Assembly (NCBI RefSeq): GCF_902713615.1
Contig: NW_024056012.1
Coordinates: forward strand, 124,001-188,000
Origin: Scyliorhinus canicula
Taxonomy: Eukaryota
Length of the DNA stretch: 64,000 nt
Direction of reading: 5' to 3'
Position 1 is the first letter of the stretch, and every line of letters begins with the position of its first letter. Positions 39,326 through 50,476 of the stretch are shown here, one piece after another. Both the position numbers and the translations under genes were made by a program. Below the pieces are notes generated by a model that had not been told where the DNA came from, made no database searches, and was given only the letters and a program-made list of their open reading frames with translations.

Positions 39326-39625
39326 CGACACCGTCTCCGCCCACTCTCTACAGCCTGGTCTCCTCCTGTCAGCAACACAACACCGACGGCTCCGTCACCT
39401 TTGGCTGTCTGGCGATGGACTACTCCCCAGAAATCAGCAGTCTTACCTGGAAGAAAGATGGGCAGCTGATCACCACTGGTGTTAAGAAATACCCGTCAGT
39501 GAGAAACAAGAAGGGAACCTACACCCTGAGCAGCCAGTTAACCATCACCGAGTCAGAGGGGGCATGCAGCAAAATCAGCTGTGAGGTTCGACACAGCGTC
39601 TCAGACAAGAGCATTGGAATGACAT
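39326..39625 (+). CDS. IGHM: IgM Cmu1 exon ([15 protein letters not shown]...[10 protein letters not shown]...TWKK...ISCEVRH)
   Basis: Acceptor CTCTCCCAG; 300 nt, phase 1-1; C1-set Cys/Trp pattern; donor GTAAG at 39626. Confidence 0.96.
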
Positions 39626-39824
39626 GTAAGTGTTGTGGAATCTGTGAGAAACAGACGCTTTGATTACTTTATTTAAATCTTTGGTCATAACACATTGATG
39701 GTTCTCTGCACAGTTCTGATTCCTGCGAGAAATAGTGACAACAGAGAAACTGTTAAAATATAATTAAACATTTTATTCGTCACAACATCTTCTTCAAGAA
39801 ATGTCTAACTTGTGTTTCTTGAAG

Positions 39825-40136
39825 GTCCTCTACCTGACATCCATCCAAATGTTCTCCTCACCGTGAGTTCCAGTGAAGAAATCTCAAGCAAGAAATTTGC
39901 CACCATGGTCTGTTCAATTAACGATTTCCATCCAAACTCAATTAACGTGAAGTGGCTGAAGAATGGACAACCCATGGATTCAGGAATTATCACCTCTCCC
40001 GCCTGTGAAGTGAACGGGAACTTCTCGGTGAGCAGTCGGCTGACAGTCTCCGCTGGGGAATGGTTCAGCAAAGCGGTCTATACCTGCCAGGTCACTCATC
40101 AAGAGGTCACCCAAAGTCACAACATCACCGCGTCTG
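39825..40136 (+). CDS. IGHM: IgM Cmu2 exon ([37 protein letters not shown]...YTCQVTH)
   Basis: 312 nt, phase 1-1; AG/GT boundaries; C1-set motifs. Confidence 0.96.
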
Positions 40137-40774
40137 GTAAGAGACACAAACAGGGGAAACAATAAATCATCCTGCACTCTGATGTTAATCCAAATCAGGA
40201 ATTTACTAAAGTTAGTACAAAGCACAGAACAACTTCTAATTTACTGCCATGTAGTTTGTGTTTCATTCTGATGTAAGAGATGCATTAGGATTGCTCACCA
40301 TTCAGGATTTGATCAGTATAGAAATAAATGTTTCCCTCTAACTTGAAGTAATTTAGGGAATGAGGTGGATTTGATATCAGCTTTATCCTGAGACAGCTGA
40401 TTAAATTGCAGAGGCAATGGCTGTCTGGAACCCTTTACTGAAACCAGCTCGGAACGAAGATTTTGGAATGTTTATCCAACCTATTTATAATTCAGCCTTC
40501 AGCATTAGGTTTCTGAGATCAGGACTGGAATATTTGTATTGGCAATGCTGCAATACAGATTCATTAGAATGGTATCGGGGCTGACTGTATTTCAAAATGA
40601 GAATAGTTTTCACAAACCAAACTGGTTTTCCGTTGTGTATAGAAGATTAAAGGCGATCATTAGAGGTTATTATTTCGAAGTTGATTTATTCCCATTGAGT
40701 GAGTGAAGGCTAAATCCTGCTGTCCTGATTCTGAAGATGAAACTTGGGTTGATTTCCATTTTTTTCATTCACAG

Positions 40775-41083
40775 ATCCTTCCGTTTGCACTGATGCCTCA
40801 GTAACAATACTGCCACCACCAATAGAACAGGTCTTACTGGAGGCGACTGTAACCTTAACCTGCGTCATTTCAAATGCTCCCTATGGAGTTAACGTATCCT
40901 GGAGCGAAGCAAAGAAGCCGCTGAAATCAGAGATTGCCAACCAGCCTGGGGCAGATACTGAGAGCGTGGTCAGTAAATTAAACATCTCGACACAAGCCTG
41001 GCTGAGTGGGGCTGTGTTTGACTGTGTGGCGAGCCATCAGGACCTGCCAACTCCTTTAAGAATTTCAATTCACAAAAAAATAG
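40775..41083 (+). CDS. IGHM: IgM Cmu3 exon ([33 protein letters not shown]...[13 protein letters not shown])
   Basis: Manually translated (absent from the ORF track); 309 nt, open, phase 1-1; acceptor TTCACAG; donor GTGAGT at 41084. Confidence 0.95.
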
Positions 41084-41655
41084 GTGAGTGGAGAGATTGA
41101 AGCAATAAGTGAGTCATTGTGTCTATTTCTAGTGTCAGTGCAGCGGTCAGTATTTAGCATTCAGGGTATTTATGGTCCATTCTGATTGGTAAATCCACTA
41201 ACTGAATCCTCTGGGCATTTAGAGTTTAAGGGGGAAATTGATATGCGGATGAATGAACAATGAATTAAAAGCAGTGATATTGTGTTTAGATGGAGTGAGA
41301 CCATAGACCACAAGACTTGGGAGCAGATGGAGGCCATTGGGCCCATCAACACTGATCCAGCCTTCAGTGAGATCCTGACTGATCTGCTGTGATAATCTTC
41401 AACTCCTCTTTCCCGCCTTATCCCCATATCTCTTGACGCATTTACTAATTTAAAATATGTCTTTCTCAACCTTGAACATACCGACCGACACAGAATCTAC
41501 AGGCCCCCTGCGTTAAATAATTCTGCAGCTTCGCTACCCTCTGAGAGAGGAAATTCCTTCTCATCTGCGTTAAATGGGTGAACCCTTACTTTGTGATCCT
41601 GCACGCTGCTCCTAGACGCTCTCACAGGGGAAAACAATCTCTCACCGTCTATCCT

Positions 41656-41883
41656 TTTTTTTTTTTAAATTTAGAGTACCCAATTATTTTTTCCAATTAA
41701 GGGGCAATTTAGCATGGCCAATCTACCTATCCTGCACATCTTTGGGTTGTGGGGGTGAAACCCACGCAGACACGGGGAGAATGTGCAAACTCCACACGGA
41801 CAGTGATCCAGGGTCAGGATTTGAACCCGGGTCCTCAGCGCCGTAGGCAGCAATGCTAACCACTGTGCCACCGTGCTGCCCCC
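41656..41883 (-). mobile_element. HE1-like SINE with 15-bp TSD in the Cmu3-Cmu4 intron
   Basis: CTCACCGTCTATCCT at 41641-41655 and 41884-41898. Confidence 0.9.
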
Positions 41884-43132
41884 CTCACCGTCTATCCTAA
41901 GAAGCTCCCGGAGAATCTTTCATGTCTCAATTAGGTCGCTTTATTCCTCTAAACTCCAAGAAGTCCAACCCAGCAAAGTTACCCTCAGCTCATAAGAAAA
42001 TCCCTCCATACTCCGGATCAACCTCGTGATCCTTCTCTGGACTGCCTTCAAAACCAATCTGACTTCCTTAGATGAGGGCACAAAAACTATTCAAAGTGTA
42101 TCAGGTGTAGTCTAACAAAATAATAATAATCGCTATTGTCACAAGTAGGCTTCCATGAAGTTACTGTGAAAAGCCCCTAGTTGCCAAATTCCGGCGCCTG
42201 TTCGGGGAGGCCGGTACGGGAATGCCTTGTATAGTTTTATCCAGACTGCTCCATGTTTATATTCTATTCCCTTTGGAGTAAATGTCAACATTCAATTTGT
42301 CTCCATATATCCTGCAGAACTTTCTTTTTGTGGTTTCTGCACGAGGACCCCCAATTCCCCCGTTACTTCAGCTTTCTCCAGTCTTTCTCCATCTAAATAA
42401 TATTCCGTTATGTTCTTCCTCCTACCAAAGTGTCTAACCTCACATTTCTGTCCCTCTGTGGATATTCTGTAATCTTCACCACTTGCCTTTCTACCTATTT
42501 TTGTTATCTGCAAATCTGGGAATAGTACATTCATTTATTAAACACAGTTTTGAAATTCCTGTATATTACATCTACTGGCCCCCCTCTCTCTAGCCTTCTC
42601 CTTATCACCTCAAATAAGGGTACTAAATTTGTCAAGAAATGATTTCCCCTTCACGAAGCCGTACTGACTCTGCTGATTATATTGTGTATTTCTAAATGCT
42701 CAGCTATTGGATCCGTTATAATGGGCTCGAACCGTTTCCCACTGACAGATGTTAAGGTCACTGGCCTATAGTTACCTGTTTTTGACTCCGTCCCTTTTGA
42801 ATAAGGGTGTCACATTGGCAGTTTTCCAAATCCTCTTGGGAGAAGGTGGGAGGAGCCTGGTGTGGAGCTTTGACACGAGCACAGAACAGTTGGGCCGAAT
42901 GGCCTTTCCCCTGCTGTACACTTTCTGAAACTTTCGAACCAACATCCGTAAATTCTCAGGGAAAAGGATTGTGTCCACCTCTGCTCCGAGCTGGGAACCC
43001 GGACAGATCCCAGAGTGGAAAATGGAAACCTTTAAAATCCAACACAAAACACATTTCTCCCACATCTAACCCGCGGTTCCATTATCACCGGAATTCCCCA
43101 TTTTATTGACATTTATTGTACATTTTCTGCAG

Positions 43133-43524
43133 ATCCCAATCCGCGGGAACCGTCCGTCTCTGTCCTCCTGCCCTCGGCTGAAGACGTCTCCGCCCAGAGA
43201 TTCGTCTCCCTCAGCTGCTTAGTGAGAGGTTTCTCCCCCCGAGAGATCTTCGTCAAGTGGACCGTCAATGACAAGCCGGTGAATCCCGGGAACTACAAGA
43301 ACACCGAGGTGATGGCGGAGAACGGCAATAGCTCCTTCTTCATGTACAGCCTGTTATCCATTGCAGCGGAGGAGTGGGCCAGCGGCGCTTCTTACTCCTG
43401 TGTGGTGGGACATGAAGCCATCCCCTTGAAGATCATCAACAGAACGGTTGATAAATCCAGCGGTAAACCCAGTTTTGTGAACATTTCCCTCGCTCTGATG
43501 GACACCGTTAATTCATGTCAATGA
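43133..43524 (+). CDS. IGHM: IgM Cmu4 plus secretory tailpiece ([20 protein letters not shown]); internal donor for the membrane form after 43462
   Basis: Acceptor TTTTCTGCAG; [19 protein letters not shown] and YSCVVGHEA; tail has the N-glycan sequon NIS and a penultimate Cys; G|GTAAAC at 43462/43463. Confidence 0.97.
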
Positions 43525-43551
43525 GAATCTATTGGTTATATTTCGAACTAA

Positions 43552-43566
43552 AATAAAAATAATAAA
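43552..43566 (+). terminator. Secretory-form poly(A) signals
   Basis: AATAAA at 43552-57 and 43561-66. Confidence 0.8.
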
Positions 43567-43993
43567 GGGTTTTTCCTCCAATTGTGATTTAAATGTACAG
43601 CCGCTTAATTAATGGTGCTTCCACTTTGCTGATATTAGATCTGTTCAATGAGACTCGGATTTCTACAGGTCTCAGCCCCAAGTCTGATACAACCAGTGCT
43701 CCCAGCTCAGATACACCCTGGGTTAGAGACAGAGTAAATCTCATTCATTCCAGGATTCAGCAAAATATCTTCATTGACTTTCCTCCCGCTGAGGAGAAAT
43801 CGGACAATTTCCCATTTCAGGCAAACAAACCCATCACATTTAGATATCGGTGTTCCTGCTTCTCTCATTGTCCATCCCTTTAAAATTAATGTCAGCTTTA
43901 AGTTGCTGTATCACACCCAGTGGGAACTGAATTGAGGGCCACACAGAAACATGGACCAACAATGCCCAGTCAAAGAGCGGGGGAAGTGAAATT

Positions 43994-45400
43994 GTTAATC
44001 CACTGTACCCCCACTTCACCAACAGAGAGGGGGAGGGGCATTAGTTAATCCACTGTACCCGCACTTCCCCAACAGAGAGAGGGGGAGGGGCATTAGTTAA
44101 TCCACTGTACCCGCACTTCCCCAACAGAGAGAGGGGGAGGGGCTTTAGTTAATCCACTGTACCCCCACTTCCCCAACAGATAGAGGGGGAGGGGCTTTAG
44201 TTAATCCACTGTGAAGAGACATGAGAGGTGTAGAATAAGTGGGAGGCTCCGGCCGCCGTTGAAATACCACTACTCTTATCGGTTTTTCACTTACCCGGGG
44301 AGGCGAGCCCTGAGGGGCTCTCGCTTCTGGTCGGAAGCGCCCGGGCGGTAAAGGGATTAAGGGTTATGGTGTTCGGGCCGGAAAGTGGAGCTGAGTCCAC
44401 AAAAGATCAGCCATGATCTAATTGAATGGCGGAGCAGGCTCGAGGGGCCAGATGGCCTACTCCTGCTCCTAGTTCTTATGTTCTTATGTTCTTATGTACC
44501 CCCACTTCCCCAACAGAGAGAGGGGGAGGGGCTTTAGTTAATCCACTGTACCCCCACTTCCCCAACAGAGAGACGGGGAGGAGCTTTAGTTTATCCACTG
44601 TATGCGCACTTCCCCAACAGAGAGAGGGGGAGGGGCTTTAGTTTATCCGCTGTAGACCCACTTCCCCAATAGAGAGAGGGGGAGGGGCTTTAGTTAATTC
44701 ACTGTACCCCCATTTCCCCAACACAGAGACGGGGAGGGGCATTAGTTAGTCCACTGTACCCCCACTTCCCCAACAGAGAGAGGGGGACGGGCATTAGTTA
44801 ATCCACTGTAACCCACTTCCCCAACAAAGAGAGGCTGAGGGGCTTTAGTTAATTCACTGTACCCCCACTTCCCCAACAGAGAGAGGGAGAGGGGCATTAG
44901 TTAATCCACTGTAGCCCACTTCCCCAACAAAAAGAGGCAGAGGGGCATTACTTAATGCACTGTACTCCCATTTCCCAGGCAAAGAGAGGGGTAGGGGCAT
45001 TAGTTAACACAGTGTACCCCCACTACCCAGGCAAAGAGAGGGGTAGGGGCATTAGTTAACACAGTGTACCCCCACTACCCAGGCAAAGAGAGGGGTAGGG
45101 GCATTAGTTAACACAGTGTACCCCCACTACCCAGGCAAAGAGAGGGGTAGGGGAATTAATGAACACACTCAATTTCCCCAGCAAAGAGAGGAAGAGGGGC
45201 ATTAGTTAACACACTATACCCTCACTTCCCCAACAAAGAGACGGTGGGGGCCTGAGTTAATCCACTGTACACCCGCTTCCAACAGTGAGAGAGAGAGGGA
45301 TTAGTTAATCCACTGTACCCACACTTCCCCAACAAAGAGAGGTAAGGGGCAATACTAACCCATTTTACCTCCACTTTCCCGACCAAAAGAGAAGGAAGGT
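43994..45400. repeat. About 52-bp minisatellite (TTAGTTAATCCACTGTACCCCCACTTCCCCAACAGAGAGAGGGGGAGGGGCA-like)
   Basis: Period 52 (44041 to 44093; 45001 to 45053); interrupted at 44213-44497. Confidence 0.92.
44213..44497 (+). mobile_element. Chimeric retrocopy: 28S rRNA fragment (about 44213-44346) fused to a CR1 3' tail (about 44347-44497)
   Basis: GAAGAGACATGAGAGGTGTAGAATAAGTGGGAGG, TGAAATACCACTACTC and GGGGCTCTCGCTTCTGG are vertebrate 28S rRNA motifs; then GATCAGCCATGATCTAATTGAATGGCGGAGCAGGCTCG and a (TTCTTATG)x3 tail. Confidence 0.88.
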
Positions 45401-45889
45401 GACGATCGAACTCTCTGTATCTCCACCTCCAGCAGGGAGAACCCAAAGGCAATTTGCTGAGCTGACCAGAGAGAGGGAGATTATTAACTCAATATCTTCC
45501 CAGTCCCCAAGCAGGGAGTATGAAAGTAAACGGTTCTCTAGACTAAGAACTCAGTTACTGACATTACAAGACTGCATGTAGCTTACTGGCTGAAGGCTTT
45601 AAATGACCATCTTGATAAAGATGTTCTTAAAGTATCTATTTATGCAACAGAATTTTTTAGCACCCTTGTTCCTCTTATCCGTATGCTTAAACCGATTCCC
45701 CAGAATCCAAATCCAGATGGTGATTGAGTTCTCCCTGGGTTTTCACTGTTCTCTCCTGAGGCACCTCCTTGTATTTTTGCATTCGGTCACCTGATGTCAA
45801 CTTGCAGCTCACACAAAACACATTTATAAGCAGAAAGTTCAACATATTCTACATCGGTACCAATAATACCTACAACTGGCAAAGCTACA

Positions 45890-47230
45890 GGCAGCTGATA
45901 CAAATACACAGACAGATAAACAGACACAGACACTACACATACATGCACACAGGCCCACAAACACACACACGCTCACACGTAGACACAATCACACACATGG
46001 ACACACACATAGAAACACATGCATTAACATACACCCAGGCACAACGAACCACACATATTTTGACTCAAAAACACACGCAAACGTGCGCAAAAGTTCACAA
46101 ACATGCCCATAAACACAAACAAGCCCACATTTATACAGAGACAGACACACGTGCACATCCACACATAGACACACAAATCCACACACACACGTGACTACAC
46201 AAATGTATACAAACAGACACATACAATCACATGTCCTCACAGATACACAAATATATAAAACCAGACAAGCAGGCTGACAGAAGAATATGAAACACAAATG
46301 TAACCAATAACATATACATTAGCAGAATTTCACGATGACAGAATTATTTCCATTCAAACAGAGACAGTAATCCACATTAACACACTTATGGACACACGTA
46401 GACACATATTAGCAGACTCGTACACACGCTAACACGAACACATATGAATACGCATAGAATCATCAATACACATCAATAGATAATTACAAACAACCATCAA
46501 CGCATAAATAGCACTGCTGCCTCACAGCGCCATAAACCCGGGTTCAATTCCAGCCTTGGGTGATTGTCTGTGTAGTGTTTCCACGTTCTCCAGTGTCTGT
46601 TCCTGTTTCCTCCGGGTGCTCTAGTTTCCTCCCACAATCTAAAGCTGTGCAGGTTCGGTGGATTGGCCAGGCTATATTACCCCTTAGTGCCCACAACGTT
46701 AGGTGGGGTTAGGATGTTCTCGGCACAGGGCAGGGGCATGCGTCCAGGTAGGGTGCTCTTTCCGAGGGTCGGTGCAGACTCAATGGGCCGAATGGCCTCG
46801 TTAGGCACAGTAGGGATTATCCGATGATGATTCTATGATGAAATACACGCATCAACAAACACACACACACACAAACGCATTTATCTAGACACAAACATTA
46901 AGACACTGACGTGCATGTTGAACGTATAAAGACACATTAACACTTTTATTACTGGGAAGGGAAGTATAAACTTATATTAAAACAGGCATTAATATATAAA
47001 CATAGACTTCAACACACAACACACACACAATAAAACACTCATATATACACATTGACTTAAGATAAATTTACACAAAGGCGCTGACACACAAATACACAGA
47101 TCAATACTCATTGACACATGAACACACACAATGACACTTATAAAGACATCGGGACACACAAATGAAGAGTAAAGAAACACGAATTTCGCATCTACACAGA
47201 CACAAAAGCTAAAGAACAAACACAGACGTC
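45890..47230. repeat. CA-rich low-complexity DNA with an embedded SINE (about 46510-46830)
   Basis: Degenerate (CA)n on both sides of a + strand SINE. Confidence 0.85.
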
Positions 47231-47569
47231 AGGCAAGGGCGGCACGGTGACGCAATGGTTAGCACTGCTGCCTCACGATCCCGCTCCTGGGTCTTTGTCC
47301 CAGTGGAGTTTCGTCGTGACCCGTGGGTCTCACCCCCACCACCCAAAGATGTGCAGGGTAGGTGGATTGGCCATGTTAAATTGCCGCTTAATTGAAAGGA
47401 AAAAGTTACAGAGATCGATTTCCGAGTGTCATGAACTCAACAGTAGATATGCAATGACAAATATATTAAAGAATGAATTAGCAGCGGGAGAAAATGAAAC
47501 GAGAATATTAAAAACAAAACGTGTATTAACAAACAATCTGATTATATTTATTGGGCTCTATCTCCGTAG

Positions 47570-47697
47570 ATACCACAGACCACACCTGGACTGAAGACAA
47601 TGAGGATGATAACGGCAACATCTGGACAACCGCTTCCACATTCATCACCCTGTTCTTCCTGAGCATTTCCTACAGCGCTGCAGTCACTCTGGTGAAG
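47570..47697 (+). CDS. IGHM: IgM TM1 exon (DTTDHTWTEDNEDDNGNIWTTASTFITLFFLSISYSAAVTLVK)
   Basis: Acceptor TCTCCGTAG; phase 1 matches the Cmu4 internal donor; CART-type WTTASTF..LF.LS..YS motif; donor GTGAG at 47698. Confidence 0.96.
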
Positions 47698-47835
47698 GTG
47701 AGAAGATTCAATCCACTCACACATCAAACTGACAGAAGCCGTTTAAGAACACTAAATGTTTGATTGATTAAAATCTCTAACATCAATGTTCCAGATCATA
47801 AACATCTGCTTCATCAGTTTCTCTCTCTTTTACAG

Positions 47836-47844
47836 ATCAAGTGA
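47836..47844 (+). CDS. IGHM: IgM TM2 exon (IK*)
   Basis: Acceptor CTCTCTCTTTTACAG then ATC AAG TGA. Confidence 0.9.
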   Translation: MK

Positions 47845-48249
47845 TGGGTTGACGTTCGGACGCTGTAGATTTCCCTCAGCTGTTTATTATGATCTGTGTG
47901 TGACACAAATACAATATCTCCTCTTGGTGACTCTAACAGTAAAATTATCTCAGTTTGTTATTCTGCATCTGTAACTGAGACAATCATGGACAGTATTTCT
48001 GCTTTTCAGTTTAAAATGTACGCGATAATTTTGGCTGTAATGTAATTGTAGCTAGTAATTTCTCTCAATGTCATGTCTAAATAAGTAACTTACCTTGGAT
48101 CTTATTCACAACAGTTTTCTTCCCTTTATGTTGAGCTCCTGTTCTCTCTTGTGTCTGTTACAGTTGTACATACATTTGGCAGCTCAGAGGGCATGTGTTC
48201 TGTTCTCACTGTGACCCTCAATCGCTATGTTCCCTTTTGTAAACATCAA

Positions 48250-48290
48250 AATAAACTTTTGTGTAATATTTTCTCTGAAATTTTAATAAA
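48250..48290 (+). terminator. Membrane-form poly(A) signals
   Basis: AATAAA at 48250-55 (followed by a T/GT-rich tract) and 48285-90. Confidence 0.75.
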
Positions 48291-48675
48291 TATTGAATGA
48301 AAAATGAAGAAAATAAGACTAATCTGAACTCCTTTCTCTAAGGTCTATCGGCACTGATCCTTTTCCCCGGTTATACAGTTTTCTCCCCTTTCCCAGACAG
48401 ATATTTCTCACCAGTCCTGTCTGGGATGTGTCGGAACTCAAGGCCCCTCAGTGAAAGAGCCACTGCGCCACCAAGCGGCCCATCCGGGTTAAGACACCTT
48501 CACCTTTGCCTTTTTATGGTAAACTCCAGAGACAGAATGATTGCACAGCTGAAGAATTCCACTGATTCACTACCCTCTGATGGAAGAAATGTCTCCTCAC
48601 CTCTGTCCTAAATTTGAGACCTCTTACTCTGAGATTATGCCCTCTGGTCTCAGACTCTCCCACAAGAGGAAACAA

Positions 48676-48927
48676 GATTGTTTTTCAGGCTGTGTAACTG
48701 GTTAAAGCTCTTTCCACAGTCAGTTCACTGGAATACTCTCACTCAGGTTTGTGTGGGTCTCGGGGCTTTTCCAGTCACACTGAAGTTTGAAATCTCTTCC
48801 CACAGTCCGAACAGACAAACACATTGACAGTTTGTGATATTTAGATGCTAATGAATTGAGTGACTGTCAGATCTTGATGTTATATTTGGTTTGAGTTGCC
48901 CAGCTGCCAATCCTCCCGTTCTAATGC
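48676..48927 (-). pseudogene. Decayed C2H2 zinc-finger exon, antisense to IgM
   Basis: Minus-strand acceptor TTTTTCAG|G at 48927; reads VFVCSDCGKRFQTSV*LEKP and FQ*TDCGKSFNQLHSLK; 5' part homologous to 55024-55140. Confidence 0.75.
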
Positions 48928-49756
48928 CTGAAAAATAAGTTTACAAAAACGATCACTATAAGAATAGGATATAAATTCACAACAGATCATTCTAGTTTCT
49001 ATCAAACCTTCTTTTGTCTCTTGCTTTCCCCAAGCATGGCAGCACGGTAGCATTGTGGATAGCACAATGGCTTCATAGCTCCAGGGTCCCAGGTTCGATT
49101 CCGGCTTGGGTCACTGTCTGTGCGGAGTCTGCACATCCTCCCCGTGTATGCGTGGGTTTCCTCTGGGTGCTCCGGTTTCCTCCCACAGTCCAAAGATGTG
49201 CAGGTTAGGTGGATTGGCCATGATAAATTGCCCTTTGTCCAAAATTGCCCTTAGTTTTGGGTGGGGTCACTGGGTTATTGGGATAGGGGGAGGTGTTGAC
49301 CTTGGGTAGGGTGCTCTTTCCAAGAGCCGGTGCAGACTCGATGGGCGGAATGGCCTCCTTCTGCACTGTAAATTCTATGATATGTGGTCCAGTCAAAATA
49401 AAAGACCAAAATCAGCTAGAAGCCCCAACAAAAGTGTCACTGCCTGTGTGGAGTCTGCCCGTTCTCCCCGTGTCTGCATGGGTTTCCTCCAAGTGCTCCG
49501 GTTTCCTCCCACAGTCCAAAGATGCGCAGGTTAGGTGGATTGGCCATGCTAAATTGCCCTTATGTTAGATGGGGTCGCTGGGTTACAGGGATAGGGTGGA
49601 GAGGCTCGTTCCAAGAGCCAGTGCAGACTCGATGGGCCGAACGGCCGACTTCTGCACTGTAAATTCTATGATTGTACCTCTCTGATTATTGAGTCAATCA
49701 GCGAGTCAGCCTGAAATCTGCCTCACAATGCCCGGGTGATTGACGGCAGCCCCCGA

Positions 49757-50106
49757 CCAATAGGAAGAGGAGGGGCGGGACTGCGGGACCGACCGGAAGC
49801 AGCTAGTCCTCCAACCAATCGGAGTGAATGAGGGGCGGGCCCGCTGTGATTGAAGCATGCGCAGTGTGTGTAATGGCGATGTAGAAGGATGTGTTTTCAG
49901 ATCGGAAATCGGTGAGAGGACTTTAACAATATGGAGGGAGCGAGAGATCGCGGGGGCGGGCGGAAACGTTGTGTAAAGTTGTTGAAATCGCAAACATCGG
50001 AAAGGTTTCCGGGACCCAGTTTGTCCCGAGTGGAACTGCAGCTCCTCACGTTGGGCTCGGGTTAACGGCCGCCATCTTTATTGGATGTAAATCAGGGCGC
50101 ATGCGC
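49757..50106. promoter_or_regulatory. CpG-rich housekeeping-type promoter, probably bidirectional
   Basis: CCAAT 49757 and 49815; GGGGCGGG 49772, 49832, 49953; CCGGAAG 49793; NRF1-like GCATGCGC 49855 and GCGCATGCGC 50097; YY1 site (AAGATGGCGGC on -) 50068-78; ATTGG 50080. Confidence 0.8.
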
Positions 50107-50373
50107 GTTTGCCGTCTTTGTCGGGGCGATGTTTCAATGAGTGGGAGGAGCTTGTTCCCCATTGTTCAGAATGGAGACAACTTGTCCATCAAACTGGATT
50201 CGTCTTTGAGTCCCAGTGTCTTACTGATGATGCAAAGCAGTGGCAGAGATGGAAAGAAAAGGAAGCCAATCCTGCTCTCTGAATTTCACTCTCTTATTAG
50301 ACATTCTGTCCCATCTGTCCAAAGCTCTGCGGCTCTGTTCAGCCATGTGAAGACCCAGGATAGAAATTCACAA

Positions 50374-50476
50374 TCAATGGGCTTTGACAAAGAGTCATTG
50401 GACTCGAAACGTTAGCTCTTTTCTTTCCCTACAGATGCTGCCAGACTTGCTGAGATTTTCCAGCATTTTCCCTTTC
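50374..50476 (+). mobile_element. Second Penelope-like terminal fragment with 15-bp TSD
   Basis: GATAGAAATTCACAA at 50359-73 and 50477-91; GAGTC-attg-GACTC-GAAACGTT hammerhead-like remnant. Confidence 0.7.

Noticed and set aside
44213-44346. Functional 28S rRNA gene
   Set aside because: Only about 134 bp, fused to a CR1 tail, with no flanking rDNA; treated as a retrocopy.
45008-45118. Three perfect CACAGTG heptamers in the 52-bp minisatellite
   Set aside because: No nonamer-like sequence at 12 or 23 bp spacing.
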